Assembly: GCA_046160045.1 (NCBI GenBank)
Contig: JBJXGR010000413.1
Coordinates: 8,959-32,958, forward strand
DNA: 24,000 nt
Direction of reading: 5' to 3'
Origin: Bryobacteraceae bacterium
Lineage (GTDB): Bacteria > Acidobacteriota > Terriglobia > Bryobacterales > Bryobacteraceae
Part shown: positions 8,581-15,363 of the stretch, piece by piece
How positions within the stretch are numbered: position 1 is the first letter of the stretch
Layout of the letters: each line of letters starts with the position of its first letter
Position numbers and translations under genes: made by a program
Notes under the pieces: model-generated
What the model saw: the letters and a program-made list of their open reading frames with translations, nothing else
What the model was told of the DNA's origin: nothing
Database searches by the model: none

Positions 8581-9134
8581 GCGCTCTTTCCTTCCCCTTT
8601 TGCCCGGCCGATTCCATATGATTGCGCGACGCCGGCCAACCGCTCACGGAGCTGCCTGCGGCCCCGGCTTAGCCTGGACATGATAGTCCCGATCGGCACG
8701 CTCAGAATTCCAGCCGCTTCCTTGTATGAAAACTCTTCGACATCGATGAGAAGCACGACGGCCCGGTAGTCATGTGTAACGTCGGCCAATGCCGCCAACA
8801 TCTCTTCATCGGTAATGTTCTCCGGGATCGACAGGCCTGGCGACACGGCCTGGTCGAGAATCACTTCGGGCTCGTTGATCATCCGGACGTTCCGCCATTT
8901 CCGGCGGTAGTGATGGAGCGTGTGGAACAGGATCGTAAAGAGCCACGCGCGGCAGTTGGTCCCCGGCTCGAATCGCCCGAAGGACTTCCAAGCCTGCAGG
9001 TAGACTTCCTGGACCACGTCGTCCGCTCCCACTCCCGTGCCCAGAAGGCGTGCCGCCGTGCGGTAGATGTCGTTCAAAAACGGCAGGGCGGCGGCTTCGA
9101 ACTCATCCGTTCGCGGCCGGTGCGAGAAGAGCAT
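8577..9134 (-). CDS. ECF (sigma-70 family, group IV) RNA polymerase sigma factor, copy 1
   Basis: Region 2 (VVQEVYLQAWKSFGRFEPGTNCRAWLFTILFH) and region 4 (EEFSYKEAAGILSVPIGTIMSRLSRGRRQLRERL) signatures. Translationally coupled to the anti-sigma gene. Confidence 0.9.
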   Translation of the reverse strand: MLFSHRPRTDEFEAAALPFLNDIYRTAARLLGTGVGADDVVQEVYLQAWKSFGRFEPGTNCRAWLFTILFHTLHHYRRKWRNVRMINEPEVILDQAVSPGLSIPENITDEEMLAALADVTHDYRAVVLLIDVEEFSYKEAAGILSVPIGTIMSRLSRGRRQLRERLAGVAQSYGIGRAKGEGKSA

Positions 9135-9142
9135 CCTACCCC

Positions 9143-9172
9143 CTTCATCCAGCTATTCAGCCAGTTTATTCC
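9143..9172 (-). promoter_or_regulatory. Type-1 bipartite promoter-like motif upstream of sigma copy 1
   Basis: The minus strand reads GGAATAAA-ctggctgaatagct-GGATGAAG, then 8 nt, then ATG (9134). Confidence 0.55.
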
Positions 9173-9228
9173 CCGCCAGTGAAAAATTTCTGCAAGATCA
9201 GAGGATGCTAGCGACCACCCACGCAGAA

Positions 9229-9354
9229 TCAACTACTTACACGCCGACCTTGGCAAGCATCATTGTGTTTTTGATCCTTATTGACCGGGTCGGCGGGCAA
9301 TCCGGCGAACGCCGGGGTCACTCCCAACAGGAGAACAAACCGTCTGGTCCGCAT
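9229..9354 (-). CDS. Hypothetical 41-aa peptide with a signal-peptide-like (Tat-like TRRFVL) N-terminus
   Basis: Translation MRTRRFVLLLGVTPAFAGLPADPVNKDQKHNDACQGRRVSS*. The ATG lies 5 nt after a type-1 motif, the same geometry as four other starts. It is below the ORF-track size cut-off, and GC3 drops in its second half. Confidence 0.35.
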   Translation of the reverse strand: MRTRRFVLLLGVTPAFAGLPADPVNKDQKHNDACQGRRVSS

Positions 9355-9359
9355 GTCCT

Positions 9360-9389
9360 CTCAATCCAACTGGCAAGGGCTGTTATTCC
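9360..9389 (-). promoter_or_regulatory. Type-1 bipartite motif upstream of the 41-aa ORF
   Basis: The minus strand reads GGAATAAC-agcccttgccagtt-GGATTGAG, then 5 nt, then ATG (9354). Confidence 0.5.
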
Positions 9390-9401
9390 CGGAACGCCGC
9401 G

Positions 9402-9431
9402 GGAATAACCACCGGGCTGCCCCGGATGAAG
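9402..9431 (+). promoter_or_regulatory. Type-1 bipartite motif upstream of the SDR-led operon
   Basis: The plus strand reads GGAATAAC-caccgggctgcccc-GGATGAAG, then 18 nt containing the SD AAGGAG, then ATG (9450). Confidence 0.55.
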
Positions 9432-9449
9432 CAGGTGCAAGGAGCAACG

Positions 9450-10253
9450 ATGGAACGATTAAAAGGAAAGAACGTGCTGATCACCGGCGCGTCGTCCGGC
9501 ATCGGGCAGGCGATCGCGATCCGGTTTGCGCGAGAAGGTGCGAACGTCGCCATTAATTATCGGAGCGGCGCCGAACAGGCAGAAGCCACCCAGGTGCTCG
9601 CCAAGGCCGCACGCACCAATGGCCACGGGCGGGAGATCCTCGTGCAGGCCGACGTCTCGAGCGAAGAGCAGGTCAAGAACATGATTGCCAAGACGATCGA
9701 AGCGTTCGGCCGCCTCGACGTCCTCATAAACAACGCCGGAATTCAGAAACCGGCGCCCAGCCACGAGATCGAGACCGCGGACTTCGACCGCATCATCTCG
9801 GTCAACTTGCGCGGGCCGTTCCTCTGTTCGCGCGAGGCCATCCGGCACTTTCTTTCGCGGCCGGGCGGCGGCGTCATCCTCAACAATTCGAGCGTCCACG
9901 AGATCATTCCGAAACCGAAGTACCTCTCGTATTCCGTGAGCAAGGGCGGGATGGAGAACCTGACCAAGTCGCTGGCGCTCGAATACGCCGGCCAGGGCAT
10001 CCGGGTGAACGCCGTCGGACCGGGCGCCGTCGTGACGCCAATCAACAAGGCCTGGACCGATAGCCCGAAGGCGCGAGGCGAGGTCGAAAGTCACATTCCG
10101 ATGGGTCACGCAGCGGAAGCCGACGAGATCGCGTCGGTGTTCGCGTTCCTGGCATCGGACGAAGCGTCGTACGTGACCGGGCAGACGATCTTCGCCTGTG
10201 GCGGCCTGACGCTGTATCCCGAGTTCCGCGTGGCCTGGTCATCGGGAGAGTAA
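9450..10253 (+). CDS. SDR-family oxidoreductase, glucose 1-dehydrogenase-like
   Basis: ATG at 9450 with AGGAG SD. TGASSGIG cofactor motif, NNAG, and the catalytic S...YxxSK (YSVSKGG). Overall resemblance to Bacillus-type glucose 1-dehydrogenases. Confidence 0.9.
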   Translation: MERLKGKNVLITGASSGIGQAIAIRFAREGANVAINYRSGAEQAEATQVLAKAARTNGHGREILVQADVSSEEQVKNMIAKTIEAFGRLDVLINNAGIQKPAPSHEIETADFDRIISVNLRGPFLCSREAIRHFLSRPGGGVILNNSSVHEIIPKPKYLSYSVSKGGMENLTKSLALEYAGQGIRVNAVGPGAVVTPINKAWTDSPKARGEVESHIPMGHAAEADEIASVFAFLASDEASYVTGQTIFACGGLTLYPEFRVAWSSGE

Positions 10254-10263
10254 GGGGAACATC

Positions 10264-10941
10264 ATGAGTTCACTCGAAGGAAAAACGGTTATCGTCACTG
10301 GCGCCAAAGGTGGCCTGGGCAGTTTCGTCACCGAGGCCTTTCTCGCGGCCGGCGCCCGAGTGGTAGGCGTATCGCGATCGATCCAGGCAAGCGACTTCCC
10401 TCACCCGGAGTTCGTCGCCTTGCCGGCCGAGTTGTCGAGCGGCGACGCTGCTCGTAAGGTCGCGGCGGAAGTCTCCGGACGGTTCGGGCGCATCGACGCT
10501 CTTGCTCACGTTATGGGCGGATTCGCCGGTGGGCAGAGCGTCGCGGAGACCGACGACGCGACGTTGGAAAAGATGCTCGACCTCAACTACCGGGCCGCGT
10601 TCTACATGGCTCGCGCCGTCCTACCCCAGATGCGGGCACAAGGCGGAGGCCGCATCGTGGCGGTCGCGAGCCGGCAGGCGGCGGAACCGGCCGCCATGAC
10701 CGGCGCATACAGCGCGTCCAAGGCGGCGCTGGTTGCGCTGATCCGAACAATCGCGCTCGAGAATAAGGATCGCTGCATCTCCGCGAACGCGGTGCTGCCG
10801 GGCACGATGGACACGCCGGGCAACCCCGGACCGCAATTCGTTCAACCGGCGCAGGTGGCGGCGATGCTCGTGCACCTGGCCTCCGACGCCGCGGCGCAAG
10901 TCACGGGCGCGGCGATTCCGATCTACGGAAACCAGGTGTGA
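10264..10941 (+). CDS. SDR-family oxidoreductase (short, 225 aa)
   Basis: TGAKGGLG glycine motif and YSASKAA catalytic motif. RBS AAGGGGA lies upstream. Confidence 0.85.
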   Translation: MSSLEGKTVIVTGAKGGLGSFVTEAFLAAGARVVGVSRSIQASDFPHPEFVALPAELSSGDAARKVAAEVSGRFGRIDALAHVMGGFAGGQSVAETDDATLEKMLDLNYRAAFYMARAVLPQMRAQGGGRIVAVASRQAAEPAAMTGAYSASKAALVALIRTIALENKDRCISANAVLPGTMDTPGNPGPQFVQPAQVAAMLVHLASDAAAQVTGAAIPIYGNQV

Positions 10942-10942
10942 C

Positions 10943-11137
10943 ATGACGGTCGCGCTGTGGCTGGCTGGCATTTACGCAGGGATTGGCCTTGTGTTCGCAG
11001 TGGTGTTCGTCGCGGTCGGGATCGGCCGGGTCGATCCCAACGCGCGGAAGGCGCCGCTCGGGTTCCGCCTGATCGTTCTGCCCGGCTGTGCGGCGCTCTG
11101 GCCGCTGATGGCGGGGCGATGGATGAGGGCGCGATGA
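10943..11137 (+). CDS. Small membrane protein (64 aa, two hydrophobic spans)
   Basis: It starts 1 nt after the SDR stop. Translation MTVALWLAGIYAGIGLVFAVVFVAVGIG...LIVLPGCAALWPLMAG. No recognised family. Confidence 0.55.
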   Translation: MTVALWLAGIYAGIGLVFAVVFVAVGIGRVDPNARKAPLGFRLIVLPGCAALWPLMAGRWMRAR

Positions 11138-11277
11138 CGCGACCCCTGCGGCGCGCTCACTTCCGGATCTGGATCGTATTGGCCTTGCTGCTATACGCCA
11201 TATTGACGGCAGGCATCCTGGCCCGGCGAAGCACGATGCCGGTGAATCCGAACCTGAATTGGGAGCAGTATCGATGA
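11134..11277 (+). CDS. Small membrane protein (47 aa, one hydrophobic span)
   Basis: ATGA overlaps at both ends (11134-11137 and 11274-11277). Translation MTRPLRRAHFRIWIVLALLLYAILTAGILARR... Confidence 0.45.
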   Translation: MTRPLRRAHFRIWIVLALLLYAILTAGILARRSTMPVNPNLNWEQYR

Positions 11278-12299
11278 GCCTCGGCTACCAGGCGGTCGGT
11301 TGGAACCGCACGAAGAAAATCTACGACAGCCTCATCGTGAGCGGACTGGCGGTGTACCTCGCGCTGTTCGTGGGCATCGGAGCAGCCGTTCATCCGCACG
11401 CGACGGCGGAGACGCTGCTGATCCGCGGACTGGGCACTGCGGCGCTTCTGCTGCTGCACGTGATTCTCGCGATCGGTCCGCTGTGCCGCCTCGACCGGCG
11501 CTTCCTGCCGATGTTGTACAACCGCCGGCACCTGGGCGTCACGATGTTCCTTCTTGCCCTCGCGCATGGGGTCTTCTCGATCTTCCAGTTCCATGCGCTG
11601 GGCGACGTGAACCCGCTGGTCAGTGTGTTCGTCAGCAACACCCGGTACGGCAGCCTTGCCGATTTTCCGTTCCAGGCGCTCGGATTCTTTGCGCTTACGA
11701 TCCTGTTCCTGATGGCAGCCACCAGCCACGACTTCTGGCTGGCCAACCTGACCGCCCCGGCGTGGAAGCGACTTCACATGCTGGTGTACGTCGCCTATGG
11801 CCTTTTGATCGCGCACGTGGTGCTGGGCGCGCTCCAGTCGGAAACGAGCCGGGCGCTCCCGGTAATCCTCGGCCTGGGCATTACCGTCCTGGCCACGCTA
11901 CATCTGGCGGCGGCGGCGAAGGAGCGCCGGAAGGACAGCACCGGTCCGGGATACATGCCTGCCTGCGATCTCGACCGCATCCCCGAGAATCGCGCCTGCG
12001 TGGTTTCGTGCGGCGGCGAGCGGGTCGCGGTGTTCAAGTATGGCGGCAAGGTGTCAGCAGTTTCGAACGTCTGCCGGCATCAGAACGGCCCACTGGGCGA
12101 AGGCAAGATTATCGACGGCTGTATCACCTGTCCCTGGCACGGCTATCAGTACCTGCCTGATACGGGGGCCTCGCCGCCGCCATTCACGGAGAAGGTCTCG
12201 ACCTACCGCACGAAGATCGTGGGCCGGCAGGTGTTGGTCGATCCGATGCCGCTCCCGCCGGGAACGCGCGTCACCCCATCGGAGATCCCACATGTCTGA
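11274..12299 (+). CDS. Ferric-reductase-like transmembrane domain fused to a C-terminal Rieske [2Fe-2S] domain
   Basis: Multi-TM N-terminus with two H-x12-H pairs (HLGVTMFLLALAH, HMLVYVAYGLLIAH), typical of di-heme FRD/MsrQ-like domains. The C-terminus carries CRH...CPWH (the Rieske CxH-x17-CxxH). Confidence 0.85.
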   Translation: MSLGYQAVGWNRTKKIYDSLIVSGLAVYLALFVGIGAAVHPHATAETLLIRGLGTAALLLLHVILAIGPLCRLDRRFLPMLYNRRHLGVTMFLLALAHGVFSIFQFHALGDVNPLVSVFVSNTRYGSLADFPFQALGFFALTILFLMAATSHDFWLANLTAPAWKRLHMLVYVAYGLLIAHVVLGALQSETSRALPVILGLGITVLATLHLAAAAKERRKDSTGPGYMPACDLDRIPENRACVVSCGGERVAVFKYGGKVSAVSNVCRHQNGPLGEGKIIDGCITCPWHGYQYLPDTGASPPPFTEKVSTYRTKIVGRQVLVDPMPLPPGTRVTPSEIPHV

Positions 12300-12960
12300 G
12301 TTCTACATTGGCTACTCGCCCATTCCGGCGGGCCTGCGAACGTTCGTACGGCGCGTTGTCGCGGTCCTCGGAGTGATTGCCGCCGGAGCGGCGATCGCGC
12401 TCGTCCTGGAGCAGGACCCTTTTGCTCCGAGCGTGTTCGAGTTTCACGAATATCGCGAGTTCGAGGGCGTGCTGATTACGAAACCGTATCCCGCGCTCGT
12501 TGCCGCGGACGGGCTTCCGTGGCTGCTCGCCGGACCGGGCAAGCACGGATTCGCACCGCCCTCCGAACTCCGGGGCCAGGTCGTGCGATTGCGCGGGGAG
12601 CGAATCTACCGCGGACCGGACCGCATGATCGCGGTTCAAGGGGTGACCGCCGTGAGGCCGAGCGAACCCCCGCCGGAGGTCGACCTCGGTCCGGTGGAGC
12701 TCACCGGCGAGATCGTGGACAGCAAGTGCTACTTCGGCGTGATGAACCCCGGCAATGGTAAAGTCCATCGCGACTGTGCGGTCCGGTGTCTGAGCGGCGG
12801 CATTCCGCCCGCGCTGATTGTGCGCGACGCAGCCGGCGCGGGGCGAACGGTGCTGCTGGCGAATTGGCGGCGCGAGCTGCTGGACCGGGTGGCCGAGCCG
12901 GTGACCATTCGCGGCCGCCTGGCCCGATCCGCCGGCCGATTGATTCTCTACGCGGAATAA
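12292..12960 (+). CDS. N-terminally anchored protein of unknown function with a C-x14-HRDC-x3-C motif
   Basis: 8-nt overlap with the upstream gene. One TM (VVAVLGVIAAGAAIALVL). Contains DSKCYFGVMNPGNGKVHRDCAVRCLSGGIPP. Confidence 0.7.
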   Translation: MSEFYIGYSPIPAGLRTFVRRVVAVLGVIAAGAAIALVLEQDPFAPSVFEFHEYREFEGVLITKPYPALVAADGLPWLLAGPGKHGFAPPSELRGQVVRLRGERIYRGPDRMIAVQGVTAVRPSEPPPEVDLGPVELTGEIVDSKCYFGVMNPGNGKVHRDCAVRCLSGGIPPALIVRDAAGAGRTVLLANWRRELLDRVAEPVTIRGRLARSAGRLILYAE

Positions 12961-12983
12961 ATGCGACGCGCCCGCGGATTTCG
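12954..12983 (+). promoter_or_regulatory. Type-1 bipartite motif upstream of the OlsF-like gene
   Basis: The plus strand reads GGAATAAA-tgcgacgcgcccgc-GGATTTCG, then 6 nt, then ATG (12990). The -35-like box overlaps the TAA stop (12958-12960) of the upstream gene. Confidence 0.55.
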
Positions 12984-12989
12984 AGAGTG

Positions 12990-14762
12990 ATGGCTACCGC
13001 GGTTTTTGACTCCGTCATTCCCCGGATCGTCCCCTTCCCGCTGCCGCGCGCGATCCGCGATCTTCTCTCCCGCGCTCTCGGTTTCGACGAACTTGCGCGC
13101 GTGTACGACGCGCTGCAGTCGGCGGGAGACCGGCCGATCACCGACCGCCTGCTGGGAGTCCTTTCCGTCCGCTGCGCGGTCTCGGATGCCGATATCGAGC
13201 GCATCCCACGTGCAGGCGCGGCGATCGTCACGGCGAACCACCCGTTTGGCATCCTCGAGGGCGCGGCGCTCGCGGCCCTGCTCGGCCGGGTGCGGTCCGA
13301 TGTTCGCATCCTCGCGAACGGAATCCTGACCGCCATTCCGGAGTTGCGCGACCTCGTGATCCCGGTGGATCCGATGTCCGGGCCACAAGCCGCAGGCGGC
13401 AACGGCCACGGTCTGCGGCGCGCGCTCGAGCATCTCGGCGCAGGCGGCATGCTGGTCATTTTTCCGGCCGGCGAGGTCTCGCACTTCTGCTGGCGGGAGC
13501 GCGGTGTGAGCGACCCGGGCTGGAACCCGGCCGTCGCCCGGCTGGTGAACATCGCGGCGAGGCGAGGCGTTCGTGTACCGGTGCTGCCGGCTTTTGTCGA
13601 TGGCGCCAACGGAGCTCTGTTTCAGGCCGCCGGCATGGTGCATCCGCGACTGCGTACGGCGCTGCTCGGCCGCGAGTTGCTCAACAAACGCGGGCGGCGC
13701 GTGGAGGTGCGGATCGGGACGCCGGTCGAGTCCGACAGGCTTCTCGCGATTCCAAGCCCACGCGAACAGGTCGACTATCTCCGCTGGCGCACGTACCTGC
13801 TGGCGCGCCGCGAGCGCTTCAAGCCGTTAACGTCGCGGCCATTGGACCGCCCGGACGATGCTCAACGCGAGGCTGTTGCAGGGCCGATCCCACCAGAGGC
13901 ACTCGCCCGCGAGATTGGCGGGTTGCCCGCCGACCACCTCCTGAACCGCTCCGGCGATCTGGAGGTCTATCTCGCGAACGCCGCCGCGATTCCGCAGACG
14001 CTGCTCGAACTCGGCCGGCTGCGTGAGATCACGTTCCGCGCCGCTGGCGAAGGAACCGGCAAGCGGCTCGACCTGGACCGCTTCGACGAGCACTACCTTC
14101 ACCTATTCGTCTGGAACGCGCGCCGGCAGGAAGTCGTCGGCGCCTACCGCCTGGTGGGCACGGACACCGCCGGCACGCGGGGACTCTACACCGCGACGCT
14201 CTTTCGTTACCGCCCGGAGTTTCTGGACCGTCTCGGGCCGGCGGTCGAACTGGGCCGCTCGTTCATTCGCGCCGAGTACCAGAAAGGGTTCGCGCCGCTG
14301 CTCCTGTTGTGGAAGGGAATCGGCGCGTTCCTCGTGCGCAACCCGCGGTACACGGTCCTGTTCGGACCGGTCAGCATCAGCAACCAGTACGCCGCCGTCT
14401 CGCGAGAGCTGATGGTCGGGTTCCTCGAGAAGTATGCGATGCTGCGCGGCTGGGCCGGCTTGGTGCGCGGCCGCAATCCGTTCCGCCGCCGGCTACCGGA
14501 CGACGGCTTGCCGAGCGCGGGCTTCGACGTCGAAGACCTCTCCACGATTCTCGGTGATGTGGAGCAGAACGTTGCGGGCGTTCCGGTCCTGTTGCGGCAA
14601 TACCTGCGGCTCGGCGGCAAGCTGCTTGGCTTTAATGTCGACGCCAAGTTTGCGAACGCGCTCGACGGGCTGATCCTCGTCGACCTCACTAAGACGGAGC
14701 CGAAGCTGATCGAGCGGTATCTCGGCAAGGAGTATTTGAAAGGACAACATGGAACACACTAG
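12990..14762 (+). CDS. olsF: Bifunctional aminolipid synthase, OlsF-like: PlsC-type O-acyltransferase (N-terminal) plus OlsB/GlsB-like GNAT N-acyltransferase (C-terminal)
   Basis: The N-terminal half has the acyltransferase motifs NHPFGILEG (HX4-acidic) and VIFPAGEVS. The C-terminal half has LGRLREITFRAAGEGTGKRLDLDRFDEHYLHLFVWN..VVGAYRL, typical of the OlsB-type N-acyltransferase family. The 590-aa length fits OlsF. The amino-acid head group cannot be read from the sequence. Confidence 0.8.
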   Translation: MATAVFDSVIPRIVPFPLPRAIRDLLSRALGFDELARVYDALQSAGDRPITDRLLGVLSVRCAVSDADIERIPRAGAAIVTANHPFGILEGAALAALLGRVRSDVRILANGILTAIPELRDLVIPVDPMSGPQAAGGNGHGLRRALEHLGAGGMLVIFPAGEVSHFCWRERGVSDPGWNPAVARLVNIAARRGVRVPVLPAFVDGANGALFQAAGMVHPRLRTALLGRELLNKRGRRVEVRIGTPVESDRLLAIPSPREQVDYLRWRTYLLARRERFKPLTSRPLDRPDDAQREAVAGPIPPEALAREIGGLPADHLLNRSGDLEVYLANAAAIPQTLLELGRLREITFRAAGEGTGKRLDLDRFDEHYLHLFVWNARRQEVVGAYRLVGTDTAGTRGLYTATLFRYRPEFLDRLGPAVELGRSFIRAEYQKGFAPLLLLWKGIGAFLVRNPRYTVLFGPVSISNQYAAVSRELMVGFLEKYAMLRGWAGLVRGRNPFRRRLPDDGLPSAGFDVEDLSTILGDVEQNVAGVPVLLRQYLRLGGKLLGFNVDAKFANALDGLILVDLTKTEPKLIERYLGKEYLKGQHGTH

Positions 14763-15159
14763 AGCATTTGTTTGGACGAGCTGGGGGCTGCGGCTGATCG
14801 TCGCGGTCATTCTGCTGCAAACCCTTTTCTTCAAGTTCACCGGGGCCCGGGAATCGGTCTACATCTTCTCGACGCTCGGGATGGAACCATGGGGGCGAAT
14901 TGGATCGGGCGTCTTCGAGTTGATCGCGTCCGCGTTACTGCTGATCCCGTCGACCGTGCCGTTCGGCGCCGCGATGGCGCTGGCCGCCACAGGCAGCGCG
15001 ATTGTCTTCCATCTGACCAGGCTCGGAGTCGCGCTGGCAGCCGTCGGCGACCGCGGCGAGCTATTCGCCCTCGCCGTGCTGGTCGTTTTGTGCTCGGCAG
15101 CCCTGCTCTTGATGTACCGCCGGGAACTGCCGTTCGTCGCTTCCCACAAACTCACCTGA
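14749..15159 (+). CDS. DoxX-family membrane protein
   Basis: 14-nt overlap with the upstream gene. Four hydrophobic spans and a DoxX-like N-terminus (WGLRLIVAVILLQTLFFKFTG...). Confidence 0.75.
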   Translation: MEHTRAFVWTSWGLRLIVAVILLQTLFFKFTGARESVYIFSTLGMEPWGRIGSGVFELIASALLLIPSTVPFGAAMALAATGSAIVFHLTRLGVALAAVGDRGELFALAVLVVLCSAALLLMYRRELPFVASHKLT

Positions 15160-15166
15160 TGGCTAT

Positions 15167-15200
15167 GGCGATCGGCGGGCTCTGGAACTCGCCGATCGCC
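15167..15200. terminator. 11-bp perfect GC-rich hairpin between convergent operons
   Basis: GGCGATCGGCG (15167-15177) pairs with CGCCGATCGCC (15190-15200) around a 12-nt loop, 8 nt after the DoxX stop. No U-tract, so terminator function is uncertain. Confidence 0.4.
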
Positions 15201-15363
15201 AACACAGCCGGCACTCGATCCCCGACCACCGTCCCTGCCGGAATCGGCGCGTTGATCTGCGTCACCCAACCGTTCCCGGAGCTGGACCAATGAACGGCGA
15301 CCGGGTCGAACGGGAAGGCGACGGGTATGCCCGGCATCGTCGGTTGCGAGCCCCTCCCATTAG

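Noticed and set aside
9424-9431. The GGATG box as a conserved start codon or Shine-Dalgarno rather than a promoter element
   Set aside because: The ATG inside the box is out of frame with the downstream gene at the sigma-1 and DinB sites. Two sites read GGATT and have no ATG. In the SDR case a separate AAGGAG SD follows. The fixed N14 distance to GGAATAA fits a bipartite promoter better.
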